Shown in pieces: positions 24,626 to 35,920 of a DNA stretch of 36,250 bases. The notes beneath the pieces are model-generated. The model saw nothing but the letters and a program-made list of their open reading frames with translations. It ran no database searches and was not told the origin of the DNA. The first letter of the stretch is position 1. Each line of letters begins with the position of its first letter. Source of the stretch: Octopus bimaculoides. Lineage: Eukaryota. Position numbers and translations under genes: made by a program. Location of the stretch: NCBI RefSeq assembly GCF_001194135.2, contig NC_068995.1, positions 884,997 to 921,246 on the forward strand. The letters are read 5' to 3'.

Positions 24626-24699
<74 letters not shown>
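24595..24699. repeat. Compound (GAA)20(GTA)15 microsatellite
   Basis: Directly visible; unit counts agree with the K and Y runs in the ORF track. Confidence 0.95.
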
Positions 24700-25030
24700 T
24701 GGAAAGGGAGAAAATGAAGAAGTAGGGGCCCTGTAAATTCTGTCTGCCGCTGAATGGAGCCACTGTATGTAGCAGTTAATGTGTTTCGATATTATTCTTG
24801 TGTAATTCCTCGTTCGTTTCATTGTTCCCAGTTGTTCTTCAGAATAAACAGCAATGTTGGTCTCCTTACCAATTCTTATTTTATTTCTTCGATTAATTTG
24901 CAGGAAGGGGGCTTCGTCGGTGATCTTTGCGGATCCCCTGAGACCGATAATGTTCCATGTGTTGCTCAATGTATTTGAAAACTGTTTGTATTTCGGGGGT
25001 TGCAAAAAAAAATACAAAAACAAAACAAAA

Positions 25031-25158
25031 CAGGCATAGCTGTGTGGATATGAAGCTTATTTTGCAATGAAGTGGTTTCAGGTTCGGTTCCACTGCGTGG
25101 CATCTTGGGCAGCTGTCATCTATTGTAGCCCTGTGAGTGAATTTCTTAGACGGGAACT
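25031..25158 (+). mobile_element. 5' half of the same tRNA-derived SINE family as 18328-18718
   Basis: CAGGCATAGCTGTGTGG...GGTTCGGTTCCACTGCGTGGCATCTTGGGCAG...TATTGTAGCC..GTGAGTGAATTTCTTAGACGGGAACTG aligns to the 18.3 kb copy and then decays into GT/AT microsatellite. Confidence 0.75.
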
Positions 25159-27576
25159 GTTTGCAAGCTCGGAGCGTATGTGTGGGTGTGGAGGGGGTGC
25201 GTGCGTGCATTACATGCGTGTATATATGCGTATATGTATTGCGTACATGGTTGTGTGTATACATGTATGTTTATACATATATGTATATATACATATATAT
25301 AATATATATATANNNNNNNNNNNNNNNNNNNNNNNNNNNNNNNNNNNNNNNNNNNNNNNNNNNNNNNNNNNNNNNNNNNNNNNNNNNNNNNNNNNNNNNN
25401 NNNNNNNNNNNNNNNNNNNNNNNNNNNNNNNNNNNNNNNNNNNNNNNNNNNNNNNNNNNNNNNNNNNNNNNNNNNNNNNNNNNNNNNNNNNNNNNNNNNN
25501 NNNNNNNNNNNNNNNNNNNNNNNNNNNNNNNNNNNNNNNNNNNNNNNNNNNNNNNNNNNNNNNNNNNNNNNNNNNNNNNNNNNNNNNNNNNNNNNNNNNN
25601 NNNNNNNNNNNNNNNNNNNNNNNNNNNNNNNNNNNNNNNNNNNNNNNNNNNNNNNNNNNNNNNNNNNNNNNNNNNNNNNNNNNNNNNNNNNNNNNNNNNN
25701 NNNNNNNNNNNNNNNNNNNNNNNNNNNNNNNNNNNNNNNNNNNNNNNNNNNNNNNNNNNNNNNNNNNNNNNNNNNNNNNNNNNNNNNNNNNNNNNNNNNN
25801 NNNNNNNNNNNNNNNNNNNNNNNNNNNNNNNNNNNNNNNNNNNNNNNNNNNNNNNNNNNNNNNNNNNNNNNNNNNNNNNNNNNNNNNNNNNNNNNNNNNN
25901 NNNNNNNNNNNNNNNNNNNNNNNNNNNNNNNNNNNNNNNNNNNNNNNNNNNNNNNNNNNNNNNNNNNNNNNNNNNNNNNNNNNNNNNNNNNNNNNNNNNN
26001 NNNNNNNNNNNNNNNNNNNNNNNNNNNNNNNNNNNNNNNNNNNNNNNNNNNNNNNNNNNNNNNNNNNNNNNNNNNNNNNNNNNNNNNNNNNNNNNNNNNN
26101 NNNNNNNNNNNNNNNNNNNNNNNNNNNNNNNNNNNNNNNNNNNNNNNNNNNNNNNNNNNNNNNNNNNNNNNNNNNNNNNNNNNNGAGGAGGAGGAGGAGG
26201 AGGAGGAGAATGATGATCATAAGCACCATTTCTAACAAGCACAAAGTTACACAATTTGAGGGATGTTTCATGTGTGTGTGCGTATGTATACATATCCACA
26301 CACATACATAGATACGCATATACATTATATAAATACATGTATATACATGCAGACACACACACATACATGTATACGTATTTATGTGCACACACATAAATAT
26401 ACCTCCAATTAATTGTGATATATATATATATATATATCCCAATTAATTTCTAATTAGTTGATGTAAAGCATACTCAATGTATAAATTCCTTGATTACACT
26501 AATTATTATGACGTACATCACGGAGATCATAAATATCTAATTACAAGATAAATCACACCGACGTGGTTTGTCTTATTTTAAGCAAAGCTGTCTGAAGCAG
26601 CGCTATATCAAAAGGAGAGGAGGAAAGAGTTGTTGCCAAGGGATGTGGATGTGAAGGAGGTGCGATATTTCACGTGGCATAATCATACTTTTAAATTAAG
26701 ATAGTTGTGCCAAAAGAGTATTCGAATCCTGGCTGTTAAGAGCCCTTGTTATATCTATGCTCTGAGGGAATTTTCACTGTTTCATTAGAATTTGATATTT
26801 TTCAAATAAGTGTAGCGACCTCTGGCTGACGGTTTATACAAAGGCGGGTAACTATATGAGGTGAGATTAAATATTTGAAATCAAGAAATATGGAAAAGAA
26901 AAAGAAAAAGAAAATTCACATAGATAAACACACACAATTTAAATGCTTTTCTTATTATTTATGGGGAAATTCTCATAATCTCTAGCTAATAGTAATTAAG
27001 TATAGTACTATTTCATCCTTTTTAGGAATCTTCAACATAATTTAACGGAGATCTCTCGGCTCGTCCGTTGGTGAAGAGACCGGCTTTTCACGTGAGATTA
27101 CAGGACGCAGTGAGCATGTATACGTCGAACGCACATTGTGGCCCCAAGATGTTATAGCCCCAGTGAAGTCGCATGATCCAGTGGTTAGAGTGTTTCTATA
27201 TTTCGAACTAAATATTATACAAAAATTCAGAATACGAGTAATAACACAAATAATACTGAGGGATTTCCAAAGTTTTTTTAATACAAGATACACACACACA
27301 AATATCACACAGTCCTACATACACACACACGCACACATATACAAACATATCATACATATGTCTGTATGTATATGTATGTATATGTATGTGTATGTATATA
27401 TGTATAACTGAGCTGTTACTTCAATTTCGCAATTATGCGTCTGTATTGCCATTTTGAGGAACGTGTAAATGAGAGACATAAGAACCGGAAAAGAGCCGCA
27501 GCGGAATAAATATAGTTTACACTGTGTACTGGGTACTTTTATACTATTCTATACAATCCACTAATTACTCTTCTAG

Positions 27577-27613
27577 CTGGTGCCCCAGCTTGGCCCTGTC
27601 CAATGACAGAAAC
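27577..27613 (+). mobile_element. Short 3' fragment of the 18.3 kb SINE family
   Basis: GCTGGTGCCCCAGCTTGGCCCTGTCCAATGACAGAAAC resembles GCTCCAGCATGGGCGCAG...ACTGAAG near 18665-18700. Confidence 0.4.
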
Positions 27614-27727
27614 CTATATATATAGTTTTATTTATTTCAGCCAGTGATGTGGCCATATGTGTGTGTGTGCGTGCGTGTACACAAACAGGCATTCAAGCTA
27701 TATGAACGGCACACACACTGGAAGATA

Positions 27728-27729
27728 GT

Positions 27730-27765
<36 letters not shown>
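27728..27765. repeat. (GATA)n microsatellite
   Basis: Directly visible. Confidence 0.9.
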
Positions 27766-27766
<1 letters not shown>

Positions 27767-28277
27767 GAGTGCGCATGTCAGCGTGTATGTGGGTGTATCA
27801 CTATATCAATTCGGTATTAACACGTGATCTACTCACAGATACACATAAGTATTATTAGACATACATTCATTCACAAACATATATATATATATATATACAT
27901 GCATATACTGGCAGAGCCACGTAAAAGCTACATACACATACATACAGCTAGGCCCAGACAGTAAAACACATATCCGTGGATATATATATATACATACATA
28001 CACACACATATTTCAACGTATTCAAGGCTCGTGGTAAACAAAGCAACCCAAATTGACCTGTCAAAGGTCAGATAAAATTCGACACTTTAACACTCTAATT
28101 AGGTGGAGAGACAGAGAGAGAGAGACAGACAGAGAGAGAGACACAGAGAGAGAGAGAGAGAGACAGACAGAGAGACAGAGAGGGACAGACAAAGAGAGGG
28201 ATATGTTGACAGATAGACAGTTATACGGAGACAATGGCACGGACTTACATGTATGTATGTATGCATGTATGTATGTA

Positions 28278-28320
<43 letters not shown>

Positions 28321-29280
28321 ACATATATATATATATGTATATGTACATGTACGNNNNNNNNNNNNNNNNNNNNNNNNNNNNNNNNNNNNNNNNNNNNNNN
28401 NNNNNNNNNNNNNNNNNNNNNNNNNNNNNNNNNNNNNNNNNNNNNNNNNNNNNNNNNNNNNNNNNNNNNNNNNNNNNNNNNNNNNNNNNNNNNNNNNNNN
28501 NNNNNNNNNNNNNNNNNNNNNNNNNNNNNNNNNNNNNNNNNNNNNNNNNNNNNNNNNNNNNNNNNNNNNNNNNNNNNNNNNNNNNNNNNNNNNNNNNNNN
28601 NNNNNNNNNNNNNNNNNNNNNNNNNNNNNNNNNNNNNNNNNNNNNNNNNNNNNNNNNNNNNNNNNNNNNNNNNNNNNNNNNNNNNNNNNNNNNNNNNNNN
28701 NNNNNNNNNNNNNNNNNNNNNNNNNNNNNNNNNNNNNNNNNNNNNNNNNNNNNNNNNNNNNNNNNNNNNNNNNNNNNNNNNNNNNNNNNNNNNNNNNNNN
28801 NNNNNNNNNNNNNNNNNNNNNNNNNNNNNNNNNNNNNNNNNNNNNNNNNNNNNNNNNNNNNNNNNNNNNNNNNNNNNNNNNNNNNNNNNNNNNNNNNNNN
28901 NNNNNNNNNNNNNNNNNNNNNNNNNNNNNNNNNNNNNNNNNNNNNNNNNNNNNNNNNNNNNNNNNNNNNNNNNNNNNNNNNNNNNNNNNNNNNNNNNNNN
29001 NNNNNNNNNNNNNNNNNNNNNNNNNNNNNNNNNNNNNNNNNNNNNNNNNNNNNNNNNNNATATATATTTAGAGTAAGAGGCACGGACACATATATGATGA
29101 ATATGTATGTGTGTGTGTATGTATATACATATGCACGTATACATACACAGGTACTAAAACTATGTCACTACCAGGTAATCGTTACACTGATTGCGCAAAA
29201 GGGCCTATCATCTCTTCCTATGAAATCAAGGCTACACACACACACACACACACGCACACACACACGCACAAATACAAAAT

Positions 29281-29453
29281 GCGTGACTAAGTGGTTAAGA
29301 TGTTTCACTCGCGATGGTAAGATCGTGGTTTCTGTTCCTGTATCAGGCAGTGTGCGTTGTGTTCTTGAGCAAAATACTTCATTTCCCGTTGCACCAGTCC
29401 ACTCAGCCGGTAAAAGTGCGTAATCCTGCGACTGACCGATGTCGACACAAACC
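29281..29453 (+). mobile_element. tRNA-derived SINE, third family, with conserved central-domain-like segment
   Basis: A-box-like TGACTAAGTGG and degenerate B-box, then GCGTTGTGTTCTTGAGCAAAATACTTCATTTCCCGTTGCACCAGTCCACTCAGCCGGTAAAA, a tRNA-head plus central-domain arrangement typical of invertebrate SINEs. Confidence 0.65.
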
Positions 29454-29484
29454 AACCAATAAAACCCAAACTTTTTTCTCTCAG

Positions 29485-29760
29485 ATGCTGTGTCTTTTCT
29501 CGGTCTTTTTCTTTACCGCTACTACTCTGGCCACTCCTCCTCAGATCTGGCTGGACTTTGCCATATTTACCCAGACCTTTTCCCTCTTCTTCAACGATAT
29601 TGTGTACTCCCTCTCAGACCTTCTATTCACTCCAATTCCCGGCCCTTCTTTCCTAGAACGTCATCCCTCTGGAAATTCCCATCAGTCACCAAATTTTTTC
29701 TGCTGCCTTCGACTTTTCAAGAGGAATATTCAACGCAACGCAGCTTTTATCAGGCTTAAG
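29485..29760 (+). mobile_element. 3' end of a non-LTR retrotransposon ORF2 (C-terminal to RT; CR1/L2/Jockey-group-like), 5'-truncated and decayed
   Basis: Translation LFLYRYYSGHSSSDLAGL...SNSRPFFPRTSSLWK plus a frameshifted LFKRNIQ resembles the conserved LFYRY..G.CS.ELA / SFFPRT..LWN.LP / FK..IN tail of these LINEs. It is followed by a short unique stretch and a CAC/CAA-rich tract. Confidence 0.7.
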
Positions 29761-30898
29761 ACGGCCTGGGAAGTGCATGGCACACCACCCCCTTCCAGAC
29801 GAAACCATAAGCACCACCACCACCGCTACCAACACCACCAACACCACCAACAACAACAACACTGAGCCCGTCTCTGTTGTCTTTTATCTTCTTGTCTGCT
29901 GCCAATGAAATATGACCACCCACACAAAAACTAATCCAAAACTCCAAACACAACATCCACCAATTTCTTCTCATTTTGAAGAAAAACATCCTCGAGATTA
30001 TTTATTTATCATCATTTTCTTTATATCTTTCGCTTTTTATATGTTTTCTTTTTTGGTTGCCGATTGTTCGTTGGTCTGTTGTTGTTGTTGTTGTGATGCT
30101 TCAAGGCAGTTTTAGACGAACTTCGCTAATTTCCCCACCTACACGACAAAAGCAAATGTTTATTAGTTTAATGCTGCTAAGTCAGACAAAATCAATCAAT
30201 ATTAATTCTGTTCTTGACAACATTGTCGTAATTAGTCAATGATTAAAACACAATTAAACAATAAACAAATCAATAGACTTATTTACAACATCATCAGAAT
30301 AATATGTATTTGTTATTTGCAGGGTTTTTTCTTATATTTTTGGCTTCGTTTATTTATTTATTTTTGACAAAACAAGGTTGAAAAAATAAAACAAAAGGAA
30401 ACTTGCAATAGAACGCAATAATTGGTTTTATTGTTTGAAGATATTAAATAAAAATGGTTTCGCGAGGCAGACGTGCAAATCAAATGACTTAAATCGTGAT
30501 GTGATTTGCGTACAAGTCGTGCATGCTTTGTCAGGTAATAGACCACTTAAAATAACATTTGTTTAATTGCTTAATTATTTTTGGTATACAAGATAAAAAA
30601 AAAATTACATTCCCTGTGAGTTCTTTTCCGTGTTAAAACTGTGACGTTTTCTGTGGCTTTTGTTCTTGTCACTATTTCCGTGAACCCATTTTTATTTTTA
30701 AAGATATGTCTGCGTTACTTTTCATATTAACCATTTAATGCTCTCACAATCGTCAGATGGAATATCAAAAAGCAGTGAGGTAAGAAATGCAGGTTGACCG
30801 ACACTTGGTCCTAAATTTAGAATACCCAAAGCAGATAAATGGCCTTTCAGAGGAAATAGTAAGATACGCGTAGGTGTTTTACCTGTCTATAATAGCAT

Positions 30899-30932
<34 letters not shown>

Positions 30933-31826
30933 TTATGTAGTAGAAGTGACAGAAAGTTTGTGGACTATTGTTGTTGTTGTTGTTGTTTAAATGTCTGTTT
31001 TATTGCTGGTTTCAAAATATTTGGAAATTAATGAAATTAATGTCGATTATCTGACTTGTTTCTTCAAATATTTCTGCTTCTGTCCATAATATGGAGGTGA
31101 AATAGTCGAATCTACGAAAAAAGGAAAAACGAATGACACAAAATAATTTGTAAAATGTCGCAGGAATAAACGCGACAGCTCCTACGCAATTATCTTAATT
31201 AAAATATTGCTTTAATTAAGATATTGAATAAAATGTGATTTTTGTAAAAATGTGTCATTCTATAAATTGTGATGTCATTGTGTAAGGTCAGTTAAGATGT
31301 GACATAAAATTATTTGTTGTTTCTTTTTATTTATATAGTTTTAAGCTTCTATTTCTAGCACATCAAACGACTGTCCAGGAGCCTGCATTGTTGGCTTAGT
31401 TCGATCTTGTTATATGTGAATGTATGTGTGTATGTGTGAATGTGTGTTGGTGTATGTATTTGAGTGTGTGTATGTTTATGTGCATATATATATGTGAGTG
31501 TGATTACGTGCTTATATCTGTGATTGTATGCGTAAGTGTACGGTTGGTGTGAATGTATGTATTTACGCCAGTGTACGGTTGGTGGTGATTGATTCCTGAA
31601 ATTTAAAAGAGAGGTGAGGGGGGTGAATAGGAGCCCTTCCCGATTAAACCTCTCATGGCCCTCACGTCATCAGACTTCTTACTGACAACTAATAACTTAA
31701 TTATCGGAAGAACTTTCTCAAGAATTCTTACGCAATGAAAGATGACAGTTTTCCATAACTCTCCAATCACGAACCTCCCTTTTCCCACCTCACTCTCCCC
31801 GCTTCTCTCTCACTCTCTAACTCTTC

Positions 31827-31872
<46 letters not shown>

Positions 31873-32044
31873 GGTATTCGATTGTTTTTCCAATTCTCTA
31901 ATAACCACATCTAGATATCTTTCACCAATTTCTTCTGTTTCAAATTCCTATATCTTTGACTGATTGCATTTTGCCGACAGCCTCCATTAATCGAAGTTAC
32001 ACATGGATCTTCTCATGGATCTGCGCAGTTGTGGACAGGAATTT

Positions 32045-32046
<2 letters not shown>

Positions 32047-32097
<51 letters not shown>

Positions 32098-32125
32098 TAT
32101 TATTATTCTGCTGCTGCTGCTGCCG
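32047..32125. repeat. Compound (CAT)17(TAT)3(GCT)n microsatellite
   Basis: Directly visible. Confidence 0.95.
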
Positions 32126-33200
32126 TTGCTGCTTCTGTTGTCACTTAACCCATTGAGGCTCCGAATCCAGTAAACCCATAAATAAATCCGTTCCATCCGT
32201 GACCAGCCTACAGCATCGTTCAGTAACATTTCTCATTTGAGAGGTTAAGGACTAAGCTGAGGGAGAATTGTCTGCTCTTTCTTGGAGACCGAGCGACCAT
32301 GTTCTGACAGTCGTTGTTATTGTTACTGCCGTTGAGGCTGCTGCTGCTGTTGTTGTTGTTGTTGTCCCAACTATGTTTCATCCCGTCACAATTTTCGGAA
32401 TTGGGACCAGTTATTCGGGGAATGTAATCATCTTCTAATGGATGGAATCTAGTGAAATGTCACACTGCATCATTCCACGCACACCCGAACACACGTACAC
32501 ACGCGCGCGCGCGCGCAAGTCCGACGCATGTATATATATATATATATATATATATAAACGCAACACATATCTACGTTTATACATGTATATGAATATATAC
32601 AACAAATATATACGTATCTTGGACTCACTAACATACTCGTAGTCCCTGTTTCTGTGTATATACAAAGACGTTTACATACATGCATGTGACATATCTGTAT
32701 ATATTNNNNNNNNNNNNNNNNNNNNNNNNNNNNNNNNNNNNNNNNNNNNNNNNNNNNNNNNNNNNNNNNNNNNNNNNNNNNNNNNNNNNNNNNNNNNNNN
32801 NNNNNNNNNNNNNNNNNNNNNNNNNNNNNNNNNNNNNNNNNNNATATATATATATATATATATATATATTTTCATTGATAACTTCTTCACTGATCTCAGT
32901 TCCGTTGACGGCTGGGCGTTCAGACGACTATACTTGGCATTGATGTGGCAACATTTGAAATATTGTCTAGGTAAATGCAGCTCGTTGTCAAACGTATTTG
33001 AAGAGTCAGAAACCGGTCCTGCCTTATCCGGTTCTGGGCTGTCCATTTATCGAATGTTCTTCCTAGAAGTAAGACAATTTTTTCATGTTTGCTGCCCTCA
33101 TACGTCTTTGCCAGTATATACGCAGTGAAGCTTTACAATAACGTCGTATTTGTATCGACTGCTATTTCCAGTAAATATTGATGCCTTGTTGTACCACTAA

Positions 33201-33242
<42 letters not shown>

Positions 33243-33658
33243 NNNNNNNNNNNNNNNNNNNNNNNNNNNNNNNNNNNNNNNNNNNNNNNNNNNNNNNNNN
33301 NNNNNNNNNNNNNNNNNNNNNNNNNNNNNNNNNNNNNNNNNNNNNNNNNNNNNNNNNNNNNNNNNNNNNNNNNNNNNNNNNNNNNNNNNNNNNNNNNNNN
33401 NNNNNNNNNNNNNNNNNNNNNNNNNNNNNNNNNNNNNNNNNNNNNNNNNNNNNNNNNNNNNNNNNNNNNNNNNNNNNNNNNNNNNNNNNNNNNNNNNNNN
33501 NNNNNNNNNNNNNNNNNNNNNNNNNNNNNNNNNNNNNACACACACACACTGAGGGCAGTCTGGTCAAATATTCATCACAACTTCCCCGACCTCCACCCCT
33601 GACATGTGAGTGCGGACACTACCAAACACGAAAATATAAAAAAAAAACAAAGACTAAA

Positions 33659-33659
<1 letters not shown>

Positions 33660-33704
<45 letters not shown>

Positions 33705-33730
33705 TGATGATGATGATGATGATGATGATG
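33660..33730. repeat. Compound (AAT)14(GAT)9 microsatellite
   Basis: Directly visible. Confidence 0.95.
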
Positions 33731-34614
33731 TTAATAATAATATCAATAATAATAATATTAATAATAATAATGAATAAATAAATAAACAATTGAAGTGAAG
33801 TGTGAGTGTATATAAGATCGGAGTGAGGGGGGGGGGGACACGACAGTAATCTGCACCCGATGACCTTCTGACCTCAATTACTTAATGAAACCAAGTGTGA
33901 AAGTATTTATTTTAACCTTAATATATTGTAAACTGGCAAGGACTGTGCGCCCTTCTCCCTGTTTATTTATAGACGATCGGATTTTTCACAATTCCTGCGC
34001 CATGATGGCGTTGAGTTAAGTCTATGATGAGAAAGGGAGTCGGAGTAAGGTGGGAGGGTTAGAATTAGGTTCTGTCTGAAGGAACAGGTGGTGGTTTCTG
34101 TTGATATAGGAAACAATTAAAGACATTTGTGACATACGATAACTTGGTATGTAGTAGCAGTAGCAGTAGCAGTAGTAGCCCCAGGTCAATCCTGGTGGGG
34201 CAAAGCTCTGGTTAAAACTATCCCAACCCGAGCCATCTTCTCGACATTATCTGACGATTTTTTTTTGTTTTGCTTTTTTTTTTACGTAGACGATACAATT
34301 TGATTTACAGGATATTTGGCTGCTATTTCTACCAGGTCAAGCAAGAACATAGAGACTCCCTCGTGAGTTCTTACTTTCGTATGTCGAGAGGAAACGTTTA
34401 AGACAGAGCTCCCCCTTGAAAGAATTGAGAAGTTTATAATACTCTAGCCATAATCGTTTATGTTTGCCGTGGGTTCTTTTCTGTTTGTCAAATCGTTTCC
34501 ATTGTAAAATAGCAGACTGGTCCCGTTCCACCTCCATCCAGGCATTCACCGCACCATCACTCGTATTGTGCCCCACAGTCTACCAGCCGCTTCCTCTCCA
34601 CGATCTGCACTTAC

Positions 34615-34628
34615 CATTGTTCCCAAAT
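34615..34628 (-). other. Candidate micro-exon (ATTTGGGAACAATG), unconfirmed
   Basis: Pyrimidine-rich CCTCTGTGTTTTCATCTTTATACTGGAAG acceptor and ATG/GTAAGT consensus donor. Confidence 0.2.
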
Positions 34629-35653
34629 CTTCCAGTATAAAGATGAAAACACAGAGGATCAGACATTCGTCTAACATGCAACAAGTGTGTTGTAGATTCG
34701 GAGAATGTTTTTCAGTGAGCACCCACTGAACGATAGATACATTTTCTAACACTTTCAGGAGATTTCTAAGTTTACAAAACCATAAACTTAAAAATGCGAA
34801 GGTATTTCTGCTGTAAGGCCAGGTGAATCTCCTGATTCTTTACAAGTCGACTTAATTCATTTACGAACTGATACTATTTTTGATAACCAAATTTAACAGA
34901 CTATTTTGAAACTATATGAACCCTACTCAAATCCTGAAGAATTATCTTTTATCGAGGAATAACGCATTGAAAATCGTATCACTGCTATTCCACTGATGGG
35001 AACAGTTTTCCTCAAACATTCGATTTATCCGGGAACCACTTGTGTGCTAAAATCACAGATAATAATCTTGGAACTCAATTAAGACTTCAGCGCATCATTT
35101 AGTTAATCTAACAACATCTCTGATTTTATCAAAGCAGAATCCTTCATCTTTCTTAAGATGACGGCTAAGACATTTCATAAAATTTGCATCCTTGCTTTTT
35201 CGTGGTTAATTTATGCTTTCTAACATATTAATTAACGTTAATTAGTGTAATTGCGCGCATCTACGTTAAATTTGTGAAATTAATGTCATTAATTTCATTG
35301 AAACTGATACGTCCCTACAGCTTTTTATATACATGCAATCACCATAGGAACCAAAGCTTCCCCTTCTCCTAACGTAAAGATTCTCTCACCAGTTGAGATT
35401 GATGTTAATGGTAATAATAGTGGTAGTGGTGGCAGCGGAGGTGGTGGAGTTTGTGGTTGTGTTAGTAAAGGTAGCGAGCGATATTGTTGTTGTTGTTGTT
35501 GTTTAAGAGGATTTAAGACGCTAGAACTATACTCATCCAATTTATATTTTCCAGATTCATTATCCGAATGTATCCTTATCTTTCATGTTTCTGTCATTTC
35601 CAGCAAATCCAATGACCACATACAGGTTCACAATGGTGGTACCACTGATGGTT

Positions 35654-35696
35654 CTCTCTCTCTCTCTCTCTATCTATCTCTCTCTCTCTCTCACCC

Positions 35697-35728
<32 letters not shown>

Positions 35729-35920
35729 ATTATATATGTTATCTCTTGCCTATAGACATCTCTCTCTATTTTTCACCGACTCCTTTTTTCTCCTGACCTT
35801 TCTCTCACCCTCTCTTTATTGTCTCTCTTTGACTTTCATTCCCTGTCACTACTCCCACTTACCTTCTCTGTCTATGTCTGTCTCTCTCCCCTCTCCCTCT
35901 CTCTCTCTATCCCTCTCTCT
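35654..35920. repeat. (CT)n and degenerate polypyrimidine tract
   Basis: Directly visible. Confidence 0.85.

Noticed and set aside
24904-24978. Strong acceptor followed by EGGFVGDLCGSPETDNVPCVAQCI*
   Set aside because: No homology, and competing open frames on both strands give no preferred reading.
31535-31584. Short local direct repeats (15 bp here; 11 bp at 17488-17509 and at 988/1053)
   Set aside because: Consistent with ordinary slippage duplications; no intervening element that would make them TSDs.
31981-32148. Poly-His/poly-Ala frame resembling a transcription-factor low-complexity region
   Set aside because: Generated by the compound microsatellite; no start, no DNA-binding domain, and bounded by stops.
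32998-33020. TTGAAGAGTCAGAAACCGGTC hammerhead-like string
   Set aside because: C3 is absent, there is no helix II closing pair and no helix I pairing.
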